A stretch of 64,000 bases of DNA from the NCBI GenBank assembly GCA_044344255.1, contig JBIJDH010000001.1, positions 288,001-352,000 on the forward strand, given 5' to 3'. Made by a program: the position numbers and the translations under genes. Below are positions 37,771 through 48,368 of the stretch, in pieces (within the stretch, counting starts at the first letter, position 1; each line of letters starts with the position of its first letter). Source of the DNA: Myxococcota bacterium. Its GTDB lineage: Bacteria; Myxococcota_A; UBA796; UBA2385. The notes below the pieces were generated by a model, which saw only the letters and a program-made list of their open reading frames with translations, was not told the DNA's origin and did no database searches.

Positions 37771-39126
37771 ATGGCCAAGTGGAAGGCGCCCTGCACGGTC
37801 CGCATCGACGGGCTCGACGAGCGCGCCTCGACCGGCGTGGACGCAGAAGGTCGGCGGTGGAAGGTGCGGAACGGCCCCGTCGGCGCCGACCTGCACGTGG
37901 CCCCCGGGCGCAACCAGACCGCCCGCCGCCTCGCCGTCGAGCGCCCCGCGCCCGACGCCGTCGATCCCCGCTGCCCCGTCTTCGGCGTCTGCGGGGGCTG
38001 CCAGCTCCAGGAGATGCCGCTCGACGCGCAGCGACAGGCCAAGCAGGCCCTGGTCACCCGCCTCGTCGGCGCGGAGGGCGTAGTAGTGCACCCGATCCGC
38101 GGCGCGCCGGCGGCCTACCACTACCGGAACAAGCTCGAGCTCAGCTTCTCGCCGCGCCGCTTCGTGCCCGAGGGGGAGCCCGCGCCGCCCCCCGGCGGGA
38201 GCTGGCTCGGCTTCCACCCCCCGGGCTGGTTCGCCAAGGTGGTGCCCATCCCGGGCTGCCCCCTCGGCACCCCCACGATGAACCGGCTCATCGCCGAGGT
38301 CGCCGCCGCAGCCCCCGAGCCCGCCTGGGACACCCTCGCGGGCGCCGGGGGTTGGCGCCACCTCGTGCTCCGCGAAGACACTGACGGGCGCTTGCTCGTC
38401 ACCCTGGTCACCTCGGCGACGGTCACGGGCGAGCAGGTGGAGGCCCTCGCGGCGCGCTTCATCGAGTGGCCCGAGGTCCGGACGGTGCTCCACGTCGCCA
38501 ACGACGGCGTGGCCGAGGTCGCCACCGGGCGGATCGCGGCGGTGCTCAAGGGCGCCCCCACCCTCGAGATGACGATCGGGGCGCCGGCCGGGCCGCTCCA
38601 TCTCTCGCTCCCGCACGACGGCTTCTTCCAAGTCAACACGGCGGGCTCCGAGCGGCTCTTCGCGGTGATCGACGAGGCGCTGGGCGACACGAAGGGCACG
38701 CTCCTCGACCTCTACTGCGGGGTCGGCGTCATCGGCCTCAGCCTCGCCCACCGCTACGCCCGCCTGATCGGCGTCGAGCTGCACGCGGGCGCAATCGAGA
38801 TCGCCCGCGAGAACGCGCGCAGGAACCACATCCAAGGCGAATGGACCGCCGGCACCGTCGAGGCCGTCCTGCCCACGCTCCGCCTGGAGGGTCCGCTGGC
38901 GGTGGTCGTCGATCCCCCGCGGGCCGGCCTCCACCCCTCCGCCGCCCGCTTCCTCGCCGGGCTCCCGGCCGAGGTGCTGGTCTACGTCGCCTGCAACCCC
39001 GCCTCGCTCGGCCGGGACCGAGCGGTGCTGGCGGAGGGCGGCTGGCGGCTCGAGGCCCTGTGGTCGGTCGACCTCTTCCCGCAGACTCCGCACGTCGAGG
39101 CGATCGGGCGCTTCGTCCGCGGCTGA
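37771..39126 (+). CDS. rlmD: 23S rRNA (uracil-C5)-methyltransferase
   Basis: CPVFGVCGGCQLQ, YRNK, FFQVN, DLYCGVG, DPPRAG, YVACNP, DLFPQTPHVE. Confidence 0.88.
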   Translation: MAKWKAPCTVRIDGLDERASTGVDAEGRRWKVRNGPVGADLHVAPGRNQTARRLAVERPAPDAVDPRCPVFGVCGGCQLQEMPLDAQRQAKQALVTRLVGAEGVVVHPIRGAPAAYHYRNKLELSFSPRRFVPEGEPAPPPGGSWLGFHPPGWFAKVVPIPGCPLGTPTMNRLIAEVAAAAPEPAWDTLAGAGGWRHLVLREDTDGRLLVTLVTSATVTGEQVEALAARFIEWPEVRTVLHVANDGVAEVATGRIAAVLKGAPTLEMTIGAPAGPLHLSLPHDGFFQVNTAGSERLFAVIDEALGDTKGTLLDLYCGVGVIGLSLAHRYARLIGVELHAGAIEIARENARRNHIQGEWTAGTVEAVLPTLRLEGPLAVVVDPPRAGLHPSAARFLAGLPAEVLVYVACNPASLGRDRAVLAEGGWRLEALWSVDLFPQTPHVEAIGRFVRG

Positions 39127-39159
39127 GGCTCCCCGCGGCCCCGGAGAGGCCAGGGCCGC

Positions 39160-41379
39160 TCAGTTCCGGAGGCGGGCCTGGTAGCCGGCGATGGCCGCGA
39201 GCACCTCGTCGAGCTCGGCCTCCGAGAGGCCCGCCGCGGCAGACGACAACGCCCGCTCGATGAGATCCATCAGCCCGCGGTCGAGCAGGCTGCGACGCTC
39301 TGCGTCTGGGCGGCGGCCGAGGTTTCGCATCGCCGCTTCGAGGTCAAAGCGCCCGTTGCGGGCGACCTCGACGCCATGAAAGAGCGGCGCGAACGCCAAG
39401 GGGGCGCCATCGAGCAAGAGCTGCACGCTGACCTGACCGGAGCCCGGCCCTGCGTGACGGTCGAGCGACATAGCCACCTGACCCACGACCTCGTTGGCCA
39501 CCGCCAGCTTCTGACGGGCCTCGCCGTCCTCGAGGCGCGGCGCCCCGAAGTTGAGGGCGACCACCTTCTCGTCCACGTCGATCGGCGCGTCCTCGACCTC
39601 GCCCATCTCGACCAGATCGGGGTCCCCTGCGATGTCCGGGAGGAGCGAGTCGTTCTCGGCGCCAGACCGCACCACCCGCTCACTGCGGAGGTCAACGACG
39701 TCGAGGTGGCGGTCCTCCAAGAGGAAGCCCCCAGCGCCCAGCCCGCGGTCCTGGTCGTAGTCCCCGAAGAAGGCGAGCTCATCTTCATTGATGACCGAGT
39801 GCGCCTGCTGCCGGAAGAGGCTCGCCCGAAACCGCAAGGCCTCCGCCGAGAGGCCCTCGGCAGGTGGGCGATCGAGGTCGAGGTCGATCACCGAGTCCCC
39901 GTCGCCCACCCCCACGAGGTCGGCCTCGGCCCCCGAGGCGGCCTCGCTCGGCCGCTCGCCATCGGGCTCCGCGGCGGGGGCATCGGCTCGAGGCTCCTCG
40001 GCTGCCGGATCGGCGACGACCTCGGCGACGACCTCGGCGCTAGGCTCGGAGGTGGGCTCGGCGCTGGGCTCGGAGGTGGGCTCGGAGGTGGGCTCGGAGG
40101 TGGGCTCGGCGACGACCTCGGCCTCGAGCTCCGCGACGGCGACAGGCTCGTCGGCGTCCACCGCCGCCGCGCCGAGCGCAGTCACCGGCTCCGCCTCGTC
40201 GTCAATGCTCAGGCCATCTCCGCTCCCCACCGAGAGCAGGCCATCCATCGGGAAGGACGAGAGCTCGCTCAAGGGCGAGTACGAAGGCGGCTCGTCCTCG
40301 CTCGGCGGCGGACGCGGGTCATCCTCGGAGGTGGGGAAGATGTCGTGGAAGGCGTCGAGGGTGGCGGGGTCGGCGACCACCTCGAGGGCGTCAGGGTCCT
40401 CGTCGGAGGCGAGGTCATCGGTGGCCGCGGGGACGACGGGCTCGTCGCCACGCGGAGCGCCGAGGTCGTAGAAGCCGTCGGAGAAGAGATCCAGCTCGCC
40501 TCCGCGGGCGTCCTCCTCACCCGGCATCTCGCCGAACTCGTCCATCGGCGTGCCCATGAGCGAGTCTTCAGGCCGGAGCGTGAAGGCCTCCGTGTTCTGA
40601 ACCGGGCTCGGGCTGAGCTGCTCGTCGATCGCGAACAGCTCCTCGGTGGCGTACTCCGGCGCCGGGGCCGGGGCAGTGCGACCGCCACGGCGGCTCCCAA
40701 AGCGGATGCCCTGGTCCGAGACTAGCGAGCCGTTCTCCAGCATCGAGCGCACCGCGAGGAGCGTGGGGCCCTCCTCGTAGGGGCTGAAGACCACAAGATC
40801 GGAGAGGGTGATGGAGGGATCGCAGAGATCGAGGAGGCGGAGCTCCTCGGGACGCCGCGCCATCGATGGCCCCGGCCGGACGGTGAGCTGCGCCCGGCGC
40901 TCGCGGAGGGAGGCGATGCGCTCCCTCAGCTCGACCAGATCGTCGAGCAGCGCGAAGGACTCGTGCACCACCTGGACGTTGTCCACAAAGACGGCGTCGA
41001 GGGGCTCGAAGCGCACCTTGCCGAACAGGCAGATGAAGTCGAGGAGGTCCTGCTTGAAGCGCTCGGCGAGCACGTCCATCAGCAGCGTGTCCGGCACGTG
41101 CCCGAGCAGGATCTCCTCGTACCGGGCCCCTCGCTCGATGGCGCGGGTGAAGGACACGCCCTGACGCTCCGTGATCACCCCGTTGTTCACGAGGCGACAG
41201 ACCACCCAGATGCCGTCGTCGGGGCCGTGCGCCGCCAGGACCGCGCCCTGCATCACGAAGACCTTGTGCGCGTCGAAGCTCACCACGGACAAGCAGCCCG
41301 TCAGTCCGCGCTCCAGCACGTCCCTCAAGGCCAGCGCGGCGTCCTGATTTTCGAAGCTCGGCGAGGTCGCGACGGTCAC
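39160..41379 (-). CDS. DUF4388/PATAN-like protein with long acidic linker
   Basis: LTGCL...VFVMQGAVLAA N-domain; D/E/P-rich middle; helical C-terminus. Confidence 0.65.
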   Translation of the reverse strand: MTVATSPSFENQDAALALRDVLERGLTGCLSVVSFDAHKVFVMQGAVLAAHGPDDGIWVVCRLVNNGVITERQGVSFTRAIERGARYEEILLGHVPDTLLMDVLAERFKQDLLDFICLFGKVRFEPLDAVFVDNVQVVHESFALLDDLVELRERIASLRERRAQLTVRPGPSMARRPEELRLLDLCDPSITLSDLVVFSPYEEGPTLLAVRSMLENGSLVSDQGIRFGSRRGGRTAPAPAPEYATEELFAIDEQLSPSPVQNTEAFTLRPEDSLMGTPMDEFGEMPGEEDARGGELDLFSDGFYDLGAPRGDEPVVPAATDDLASDEDPDALEVVADPATLDAFHDIFPTSEDDPRPPPSEDEPPSYSPLSELSSFPMDGLLSVGSGDGLSIDDEAEPVTALGAAAVDADEPVAVAELEAEVVAEPTSEPTSEPTSEPSAEPTSEPSAEVVAEVVADPAAEEPRADAPAAEPDGERPSEAASGAEADLVGVGDGDSVIDLDLDRPPAEGLSAEALRFRASLFRQQAHSVINEDELAFFGDYDQDRGLGAGGFLLEDRHLDVVDLRSERVVRSGAENDSLLPDIAGDPDLVEMGEVEDAPIDVDEKVVALNFGAPRLEDGEARQKLAVANEVVGQVAMSLDRHAGPGSGQVSVQLLLDGAPLAFAPLFHGVEVARNGRFDLEAAMRNLGRRPDAERRSLLDRGLMDLIERALSSAAAGLSEAELDEVLAAIAGYQARLRN
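40010..40122 (+). repeat. 12-bp imperfect tandem repeat encoding SEPT/AEVV
   Basis: ggctcggaggtg and ctcggcgacgac units. Confidence 0.8.
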
Positions 41380-41593
41380 ACGCTCTTCCCGGATCGTCGC
41401 TCCGGTGCCGCGGCCGATCGGGCTTCACCCGAACAGCCTCTCCGGTCGACGGCGCTCCCTAGCATCGTAGCGGCCGACCCGCCGCCGGGTCAACGTCTCC
41501 CAAGGGTGCAAATTCTCAGCCCGGCGCAGGATGGGAGATCGAGGCCGCTTCCGCAGGCGCTCCGCGCGCCCTTCACCACACGGACCTCCGCCA

Positions 41594-42730
41594 TCAACGC
41601 GGCATTCCACCTGGGTTTAACGTGAGCTGCAGCGCCGCCTCTCGCTGGAGGTCCGGCGGCACCTGACCCGGGCGCGCCGGGAAGACGAGATCCAGCGGCT
41701 CCACGACGATGTCCGGGATCACGCCGGCCCCACCCCAGCTCCGTCCGCTCGGCCCGAGCAGCGTGGTCTCGGCGAGGCGGAGCACGAGGTCGCGGCTGAT
41801 CGGGTGCAGCGCCGTCAGCGAGGCCTGTCCCGCCGTGCGGGTGCCGACGATGCGCCCCCGACGGTTGTCATGGAGCGCCATCAAGAAGGCCTCCGCAGGG
41901 CCAGCGGTCTCTCGATCGACGATCACCACCACCCGACCCGGCCAAAGCTGAGGCCCCTTCGCCACCGTCGATCGGGTATCGCCGGAGGGGTCGAGCTCTT
42001 TGACCACGATCGAGCCCGGCTCGAGGAAGAGCTCCGCCGCCGCGACGGCCTCGGCGAGCAGCCCGCCCTCCGTGTGGCGGAGGTCCAAGATGAGGGCGTC
42101 GTGCTCATCGGCGCCCTTGAGGAGGGTCGCGAGGGCGGCAGCGCTGCCCTGTCCGAAGAAGGGGACCCGCACGAGGGTGATGTCAGGGACCTCCTGCGGC
42201 ACGAGGCGCACCCCGCCGACACGATACCGCCCCCGATCCACCGAGATGCGCCGCAGCTCGGCGTCATCCCGGCGAAAGTCGAGGGTGACCTTCCCCCCCA
42301 CGATGTGCGTCAGGGTCTCGTGGAGCACGCGTCCGGGCATGCCCGTGAGCGGCTGGCCGTTGACGCCCACCACGAAGTCCCCGGGGCGAAGGCCTGCTCG
42401 CTCGCCCGGGCCGCCCGGGTAAACGTCGGTCAACACCACGCCGCGCTGGCTGATGACGCTGAACTCAACCCCGATGCCGTAGCGCTCTCCTCGCCGATCC
42501 GCCTGCTCCTCCGCGGCCTCTTGGCTGGTCAGCAGCGCGTTTCCCTCGGTCCCGAGCATCTCGTCGAGGTGGACCGCCATGCCGGCCACGGCGGCCCGGT
42601 AGAGCTGACGCGAGTCGACCTTATCGCCGAACCGATCCTCGACGACCTCGACCGCGGCCTCCAGCGTGCCCGCGTCATCGGCCAACAGCGGCAGGGAGAG
42701 GCCCAATAGGGCAACAGCGATCGGGATCAT
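41594..42730 (-). CDS. S41/CtpA-like protein with PDZ domain, catalytic residues apparently substituted
   Basis: YGIGV (PDZ), LILDLR..GG, TAGPAE, GTRTAGQA, GVIPDI. Confidence 0.82.
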   Translation of the reverse strand: MIPIAVALLGLSLPLLADDAGTLEAAVEVVEDRFGDKVDSRQLYRAAVAGMAVHLDEMLGTEGNALLTSQEAAEEQADRRGERYGIGVEFSVISQRGVVLTDVYPGGPGERAGLRPGDFVVGVNGQPLTGMPGRVLHETLTHIVGGKVTLDFRRDDAELRRISVDRGRYRVGGVRLVPQEVPDITLVRVPFFGQGSAAALATLLKGADEHDALILDLRHTEGGLLAEAVAAAELFLEPGSIVVKELDPSGDTRSTVAKGPQLWPGRVVVIVDRETAGPAEAFLMALHDNRRGRIVGTRTAGQASLTALHPISRDLVLRLAETTLLGPSGRSWGGAGVIPDIVVEPLDLVFPARPGQVPPDLQREAALQLTLNPGGMPR

Positions 42731-42766
42731 CCCTTCTCTCCTGGGGCTCCTGCGCGGCGCGGGCGT

Positions 42767-43300
42767 TCAGAAGGAGCCGCGGCTCGGCGTGTAGTCGACC
42801 GGCCGGAAGCTGTCGCCCTGTTGGAGGGGCGAGGGATCGTCGGAGAGCCGCTGCTCCCGCTCGAGCGCGAGGTTGAGCTGCTTCGAGCTCTCCACCGCGT
42901 GGTCCAGCTGGACATGGGCTCGCCAGCCCCAGAGCAGGCTCAGCACGAGGATCGCCGCGTAGGCGATGGCGGCTCGGCCCGTGATGCGCAGCTCGCGCAC
43001 CAGGAAGGGGGCGCGGTTGGCGACCGGCTCCGCCACCGCCCGCTCCTCACGCTCCAGCGCTTCGGCGAGGCAGTGGTCCATGCGGTCCCACACGCCGGGC
43101 ATCCTGAGCTCCACCGGGCGCTCGGGGGGGCGGAGGGCCCGCAGCGCGTCTTGCTGCTCCGCGAGCTCCGCGGCGCGCTCCGCACAGCGGGCACATTGTT
43201 CGACGTGTCGTTCGAGCTGGTCGCGCTCGCCGGGCGAGAGCTCGCCGTCAAGCCACGGCACCATCCGCTCGCGAGCGGTCAGGCAATCCATTCGGGGCAC
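42767..43300 (-). CDS. Zn-finger (zf-HC2) anti-sigma factor
   Basis: LDGEL...HVEQCARC; single TM; follows the ECF sigma. Confidence 0.88.
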   Translation of the reverse strand: MPRMDCLTARERMVPWLDGELSPGERDQLERHVEQCARCAERAAELAEQQDALRALRPPERPVELRMPGVWDRMDHCLAEALEREERAVAEPVANRAPFLVRELRITGRAAIAYAAILVLSLLWGWRAHVQLDHAVESSKQLNLALEREQRLSDDPSPLQQGDSFRPVDYTPSRGSF

Positions 43301-43407
43301 CTGTTCGGGGGTTGGCGATTGTCCACCAGCCTATCGGCTGCGGCGCAACTCCAACACCCCGGCCCCGCTCGCTTCTTCCCGCCGCGCCGCCCGCGGAGGA
43401 CTGACGA

Positions 43408-44004
43408 TCAACCTTCGACTGCGACCGTGGCCCCGTCTCCGACCAGCTCGAGGAGGCGGGCGCGGGCGCGGGAGAGCCGAGACATCACGGTGCCCAGCTT
43501 GATGTCGAGGGCGTCGGCGATCTCGGCGTACGAGAGATCGCTGTAGTAGCGAAGCAGCAAGATCTCCTGGTGATCCTCGGTCATCTGGTGAATCGCGGCG
43601 AGCAGCTCGCCCCGACGCTGGCCGTTAAAGACCTGATCGAGCTGATCGCCGTGCACGGCCTCCGACATCGGGTTCGCGTCGAGGATCGCGCCGCGGCGGC
43701 GCTTGTCGCGGACCAGGTTGAAGCAGAGGTTGCTCGTCACGCGGAAGAGCCAAGCCTTCTCCCGAAAGTCCACGTCGAAGAACCGGGGCTCCCGGATCGC
43801 CCGAATGAAGACCTCCTGCACCACATCATAAGCTTCTTCGTGGTCTTTCACGATGCCGATGGCGTGGTAGTAGAGTCGATCGCGATACTTGCGGACCACC
43901 ATGTCCATCGCGAGGCGTCGGTTCTGACCTGCGAGAGACTTGATGTCCTCGTCGTTCCAACGGTTGGCCTGAGCGGGGTCGATGAGGCGGAGCGTGGCGG
44001 TCAT
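43408..44004 (-). CDS. ECF RNA polymerase sigma factor
   Basis: DVVQEVF, WLFRVTSN, LSYAEIA, GTVMSRLSRAR. Confidence 0.95.
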   Translation of the reverse strand: MTATLRLIDPAQANRWNDEDIKSLAGQNRRLAMDMVVRKYRDRLYYHAIGIVKDHEEAYDVVQEVFIRAIREPRFFDVDFREKAWLFRVTSNLCFNLVRDKRRRGAILDANPMSEAVHGDQLDQVFNGQRRGELLAAIHQMTEDHQEILLLRYYSDLSYAEIADALDIKLGTVMSRLSRARARLLELVGDGATVAVEG

Positions 44005-44433
44005 GCGCGATCCTGAGGAGGGCCCGGTGGTGGCCCGGACGTGGACCCAAGTGAACCCGGCACCCTCGGTGAGACTTCCCTCTCACGCGACGATGTCGAG
44101 GCCGACCAGGGGAACATGCGCGCCGGATGGGCGATCGGGAAGTGGATTCTTCGATCTTTCCGGCACAGCTCTTGTACGCACCAACCGGTGAGGACATTTC
44201 GACGCCGGAAGGCCACGGAGCCGATGCGGGTTCCCCGCCGGGGTGATCTGTGTGGGCTCGGGTACGGATGTTCCCCAGCATTTCGGGATTCAGCGGCCTG
44301 TTGCACGTCGACCCGTTGACGGAGGCCTCCTCCGCGACGAATTCTACACAGCGCAGGGTGGACCCCACCCGGGTGGGCGCTTCGACCATCCCGCAGCAGA
44401 AGCTGAATCACGCAGAACAGAGGAGGGCTTGGG

Positions 44434-44679
44434 ATGGAAGTGCGGGTCCTGGTCGAAGAGATCGTCAAGGCGATCGTGGACAAGCCCGATGAGGTGGTCT
44501 GCACCGAGGTCGAGGGCGCGCACTCCTGTGTGCTCGAGCTCGTGGTGGCCCCCGAGGACGTCGGTAAGGTGATCGGCAAGAAGGGCGTACACGCCGACGC
44601 CATCCGCCGGATCGTGCACGCGATCGGCGGAAAGAAGAAGATGCGCTATGTCCTCGAGATTATCGAAAACCGTGGCTGA
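44434..44679 (+). CDS. khpA: KH-domain RNA-binding protein (KhpA/YlqC)
   Basis: IVKAIVDKPDEV...DVGKVIGKKG; GAGGAGG upstream. Confidence 0.88.
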   Translation: MEVRVLVEEIVKAIVDKPDEVVCTEVEGAHSCVLELVVAPEDVGKVIGKKGVHADAIRRIVHAIGGKKKMRYVLEIIENRG

Positions 44680-44696
44680 CCCTACGGGGCCCCGGC

Positions 44697-46349
44697 CTAC
44701 TCCGTGATTCCCGGGATCCGAACGCCACGCTCATGGGCGACCTCGATCGCGCGCGGATAGCCCGCGTCCGCGTGGCGCAGCACGCCCATCGCCGGATCGC
44801 TGGTGAGGACCCGCTCCAAGCGCCTCGCCGCGGCCTCCGTGCCATCGGCCACGATCACCTGACCGGCGTGGAGGCTGTACCCCATCCCGACCCCGCCCCC
44901 GTGGTGGAAGCTCACCCAGGAGGCGCCGTTGACCGCGTTGACGAGGGCGTTCAAGATCGGCCAGTCGGCGACCGCGTCTGAGCCGTCCAACATCGCCTCG
45001 GTCTCGCGGTTTGGGCTGGCGACGCTGCCGCAGTCGAGGTGATCGCGACCGATGACGATCGGCGCCTTCACCCGACCGCTGCGCACAAGCTCATTGAAGG
45101 CGAGGCCGGCCTTCGCGCGTTGGCCGTAGCCGAGCCAGCAGATGCGCGCCGGGAGGCCTTGAAACTGTACCTTCTCACCGGCCAGCAGGAGCCAGCGGGC
45201 CAGGCCCTTGTCGTCCGGGAAGAGGTCGCGGATGACCTGATCGGTGACGTAGATGTCCTGCGGATCGCCCGAGAGGGCGACCCAGCGGAAGGGCCCCTTC
45301 CCTTCGCAGAAGAGGGGGCGAATGTAGGCGGGCACGAAGCCGGGGAAGTCGTAGGCGTCTGACACCCCGGCCTCGAGGGCCCCGGCGCGGAGGTTGTTGC
45401 CGTAGTCGAAGGTGTGCGCGCCCGCCGCCTGGAGCTTCAGCATCGCCCGCACATGGTCGCCCATGGTGGAGATGGACCGCCGCCCGTACTCGGACGGGTC
45501 GGTCACACGCAGCGCGGCGGCCTCCGCCAGGCTCAGCCCGCGGGGGACGTAGCCGTTGAGGGGGTCGTGGGCAGAGGTCTGGTCGGTGAGGAGGTCGGGC
45601 ACCACCCCACGAGCGAGCAGCCCCTCCAGGCCGTCCGCGGCGTTCATCACCACGCCGATCGAGAGCGGGATGCCGAGGGCCTGGTGATGTCGGGCGCGCG
45701 CGACGGCCACGTCGAGGTCGGGGGCCACCTCATCGAGGTAACGGGTCTCGACACGACGGTGGACGCGGCTGCCATCGACGTCGAAGGCGATGCAGACACC
45801 GTTGTTCATCGTCGCGGCGAGCGGCTGGGCGCCGCCCATTCCCCCGAGGCCGGCGGTGACCACGAGGCGGCCGCTGAGGTCGGCGCCGAAGTGTTGGCGG
45901 GCCGCTTCGGCGAAGGTCTCGTAGGTACCTTGGAGGATGCCCTGGGTGCCGATGTAGATCCAGGAGCCAGCCGTCATCTGGCCGTACATCATCAGGCCCT
46001 TGCGCTCGAGCTCCCGGAAGTGCTCCCAGTTGGCCCACTTGCCGACGAGGTTCGAGTTGGCGATGAGCACGCGGGGCGCGTCTTCGTGCGTGCGCAGGAC
46101 ACCGACGGCCTTGCCGGACTGGACGAGGAGGGTCTCATCTGCCTCGAGGGCCTGGAGGCTGCGGACGATGCGCTCGAAGGCGGGCCAGTCTCGGGCGGCC
46201 TTGCCGGTCCCGCCGTAGACGACGAGGTCTTCCGGGCGCTCCGCCACGTCGGGGTCGAGGTTGTTCATGAGCATGCGGAGGGCGGCCTCTTGCACCCAGC
46301 CCTTACAGCTCAGCTCCGAGCCCCTCGCCGCGCGGATCACCCGTCCCAT
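44697..46349 (-). CDS. hutU: Urocanate hydratase
   Basis: [38 protein letters not shown]. Confidence 0.98.
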   Translation of the reverse strand: MGRVIRAARGSELSCKGWVQEAALRMLMNNLDPDVAERPEDLVVYGGTGKAARDWPAFERIVRSLQALEADETLLVQSGKAVGVLRTHEDAPRVLIANSNLVGKWANWEHFRELERKGLMMYGQMTAGSWIYIGTQGILQGTYETFAEAARQHFGADLSGRLVVTAGLGGMGGAQPLAATMNNGVCIAFDVDGSRVHRRVETRYLDEVAPDLDVAVARARHHQALGIPLSIGVVMNAADGLEGLLARGVVPDLLTDQTSAHDPLNGYVPRGLSLAEAAALRVTDPSEYGRRSISTMGDHVRAMLKLQAAGAHTFDYGNNLRAGALEAGVSDAYDFPGFVPAYIRPLFCEGKGPFRWVALSGDPQDIYVTDQVIRDLFPDDKGLARWLLLAGEKVQFQGLPARICWLGYGQRAKAGLAFNELVRSGRVKAPIVIGRDHLDCGSVASPNRETEAMLDGSDAVADWPILNALVNAVNGASWVSFHHGGGVGMGYSLHAGQVIVADGTEAAARRLERVLTSDPAMGVLRHADAGYPRAIEVAHERGVRIPGITE

Positions 46350-46500
46350 CGCGCACCCCCTTCGATGGCTTGGGCTCTACCCCGTCCGCTTCGACGGGGC
46401 CCGGCGGCGGGCGGGCAGGCCGACCAACCGCGACGCCGGTCAGGTTATGCCCCGCCGCCCGCTGGACCATCCAGTGAACTACAGCGCCGGAGACCCCGAG

Positions 46501-48216
46501 ATGGCACGCGATCCCTCCCCTCACGCCCGCCCGCCCACCGATGCCCCGAGCCGCGGCCCCGGCAAGGGGAAGCAAGGGACGGACTGGGTCAGCCGCGTCG
46601 CCGATGAGGTGGAGGCCCGGGTCGCCCTCACCAAGGGCCCCGGCGCCCCGATCGTCTGCGCCTCGGGCATCAGCCCCTCGGGCAGCGTTCACCTCGGGAA
46701 CATGCGCGAGCTGATGACCACGCACCTCGTCGCTGAGGAGCTCAAGTCACGGGGGCGGGAGGTCACGCACTTGCACTCCTGGGACGACTTCGACCGCCTC
46801 CGGAAGGTGCCGCTGGGCCTCCCCCAGGAGCTCTCGCCCTACGTGGGGTGCCCGCTCTCCGAGATCCCTGACCCCAAGGGCGAGCTCGACTCCTGGGCCA
46901 CCCGCTTCATCGGGCCCGTCGAGGCCGCCGCGGCCCGGCTCGGGATCTCCTGCCGCTGGGTGCGCCAGTCGCAAAACTACCGGAGCGGAGTCTACCGAGA
47001 CGGCATCCGCCGCGCCCTCCGCGCCCGCACCGAGATCTTCGACATCCTCGAGCAGTACCGCACGGCCAAGCTCCAGGAGCGCCCCGTCGAAGAGCGCCGC
47101 GCCGCGGCCTGGCCGCTCCAGGTCTACTGCCAGACCTGCAACCACGACTCTACGGAGGTCCTCGGCTGGGACGAGCAGAGCGACGTGGTCACCTACACCT
47201 GCAAGCGCTGCGGCCCGGCCCACTTCCGCATCTCCGACGAGCGGCTCCCCTGCAAGCTACCATGGAAGGCGGACTGGCCGATGCGCTGGGCCTTCGAGGG
47301 CGTCGACTTCGAGCCGGGGGGCGAAGATCACAGCACCCCGGGCGGCAGCTTCACGGTCGGCACCGAGGTGGTGCGCCGCATCTTCGGCGGCGCCGCGCCG
47401 CACTACGTCGGCTACGGCTTCGTGGGCATGGCGGGTCGCACCAAGATCTCGAGCTCAGCGGGCACCGACGCCACGCCCGAATTCGCGCTCCGCTTCATCG
47501 AGCCGGCGCTGCTGCGCTTCCTCTACATCCGGCGTACGCCCGGCACCGCCTTCACCATCGACTTCGGACAGGACATCTGGCGGCAGTACGACGAGTGGGA
47601 CGCCCTCCAGAAGAAGGCCGCCGCCGGCGCCGCCTCCCCCGCCGACGCGCGCTGGGTGGAGCGCTGCCTCCGCACCTCGGCCGGCGAGGTGGCCGCCCCC
47701 ACCTTGCTCGTGCCCTTCCGGCTCATCTCGACCTCCGCCGACATGACCTCGGCCAACACCGAGCAGATCCTCCGCATCGTCGCCGCGCACCTTGAGTCCC
47801 CGCCGGAGGCGGCCGCGCTCCAGGCCGCGATCGAGCCCCGGCTCACCTGCGCCGCTGGCTGGATCGAACACTGCCTGCCGGACGACGAGCGCCTGCACGT
47901 CCGCTCCGAGCTCGACCCGGCCACCCTCACCGCCTTGGACGAACAGACCCGCCGCGGCCTCTCCTTGTTGGTCGCGTCGCTCGCCGCCCACTGGTCGCTC
48001 GCCGGCCTCTCTGACCTCGTCTACGGCGTTCCGAAGACGCTGCTCGGCCTGCCCCAGGACACCGAGCCCACCGCGGAGCTCAAGGCCCTACAACGCGCCT
48101 TCTTCGTGGCGATCTACCAGCTCATCCTGGGATCCGACACCGGCCCGCGCCTGCCGACGCTCTTCCTCTCCCTCGGCCAGGACCGCCTGCGCGCCCTGCT
48201 GGGCGGCGACGCCTGA
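46501..48216 (+). CDS. lysS: Lysine--tRNA ligase, class I
   Basis: ASGISPSGSVHLGN, DDFDRLRKVP, DWPMRW, EPGGEDH, KISSS, GPRLPT. Confidence 0.93.
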   Translation: MARDPSPHARPPTDAPSRGPGKGKQGTDWVSRVADEVEARVALTKGPGAPIVCASGISPSGSVHLGNMRELMTTHLVAEELKSRGREVTHLHSWDDFDRLRKVPLGLPQELSPYVGCPLSEIPDPKGELDSWATRFIGPVEAAAARLGISCRWVRQSQNYRSGVYRDGIRRALRARTEIFDILEQYRTAKLQERPVEERRAAAWPLQVYCQTCNHDSTEVLGWDEQSDVVTYTCKRCGPAHFRISDERLPCKLPWKADWPMRWAFEGVDFEPGGEDHSTPGGSFTVGTEVVRRIFGGAAPHYVGYGFVGMAGRTKISSSAGTDATPEFALRFIEPALLRFLYIRRTPGTAFTIDFGQDIWRQYDEWDALQKKAAAGAASPADARWVERCLRTSAGEVAAPTLLVPFRLISTSADMTSANTEQILRIVAAHLESPPEAAALQAAIEPRLTCAAGWIEHCLPDDERLHVRSELDPATLTALDEQTRRGLSLLVASLAAHWSLAGLSDLVYGVPKTLLGLPQDTEPTAELKALQRAFFVAIYQLILGSDTGPRLPTLFLSLGQDRLRALLGGDA

Positions 48217-48226
48217 TCGCAGGGGG

Positions 48227-48345
48227 CCTCTCGCCCTCTCGCCCTCTCGCCCTCTCGCCAACAGAAATGAGAGAGCCCCGCTTCGAGGCTCCCGCCCACC
48301 GCAAGGCCGAGGCCTCGAAGGAGGGGGAGCCCCGAGCGGGGCTCC
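48227..48345. terminator. Convergent intergenic region with 8-bp repeat and hairpins, possible terminator
   Basis: cctctcgc x4 (48227-48258); cttcgaggc/gcctcgaag IR; ggagcccc-gagc-ggggctcc; no U-tract. Confidence 0.35.
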
Positions 48346-48368
48346 GCGACGAGCCGCCGACGAGGCGG

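Noticed and set aside
44160..44176. Sigma-54 promoter cggcac-agctc-ttgta
   Set aside because: Lacks the invariant GC at -12
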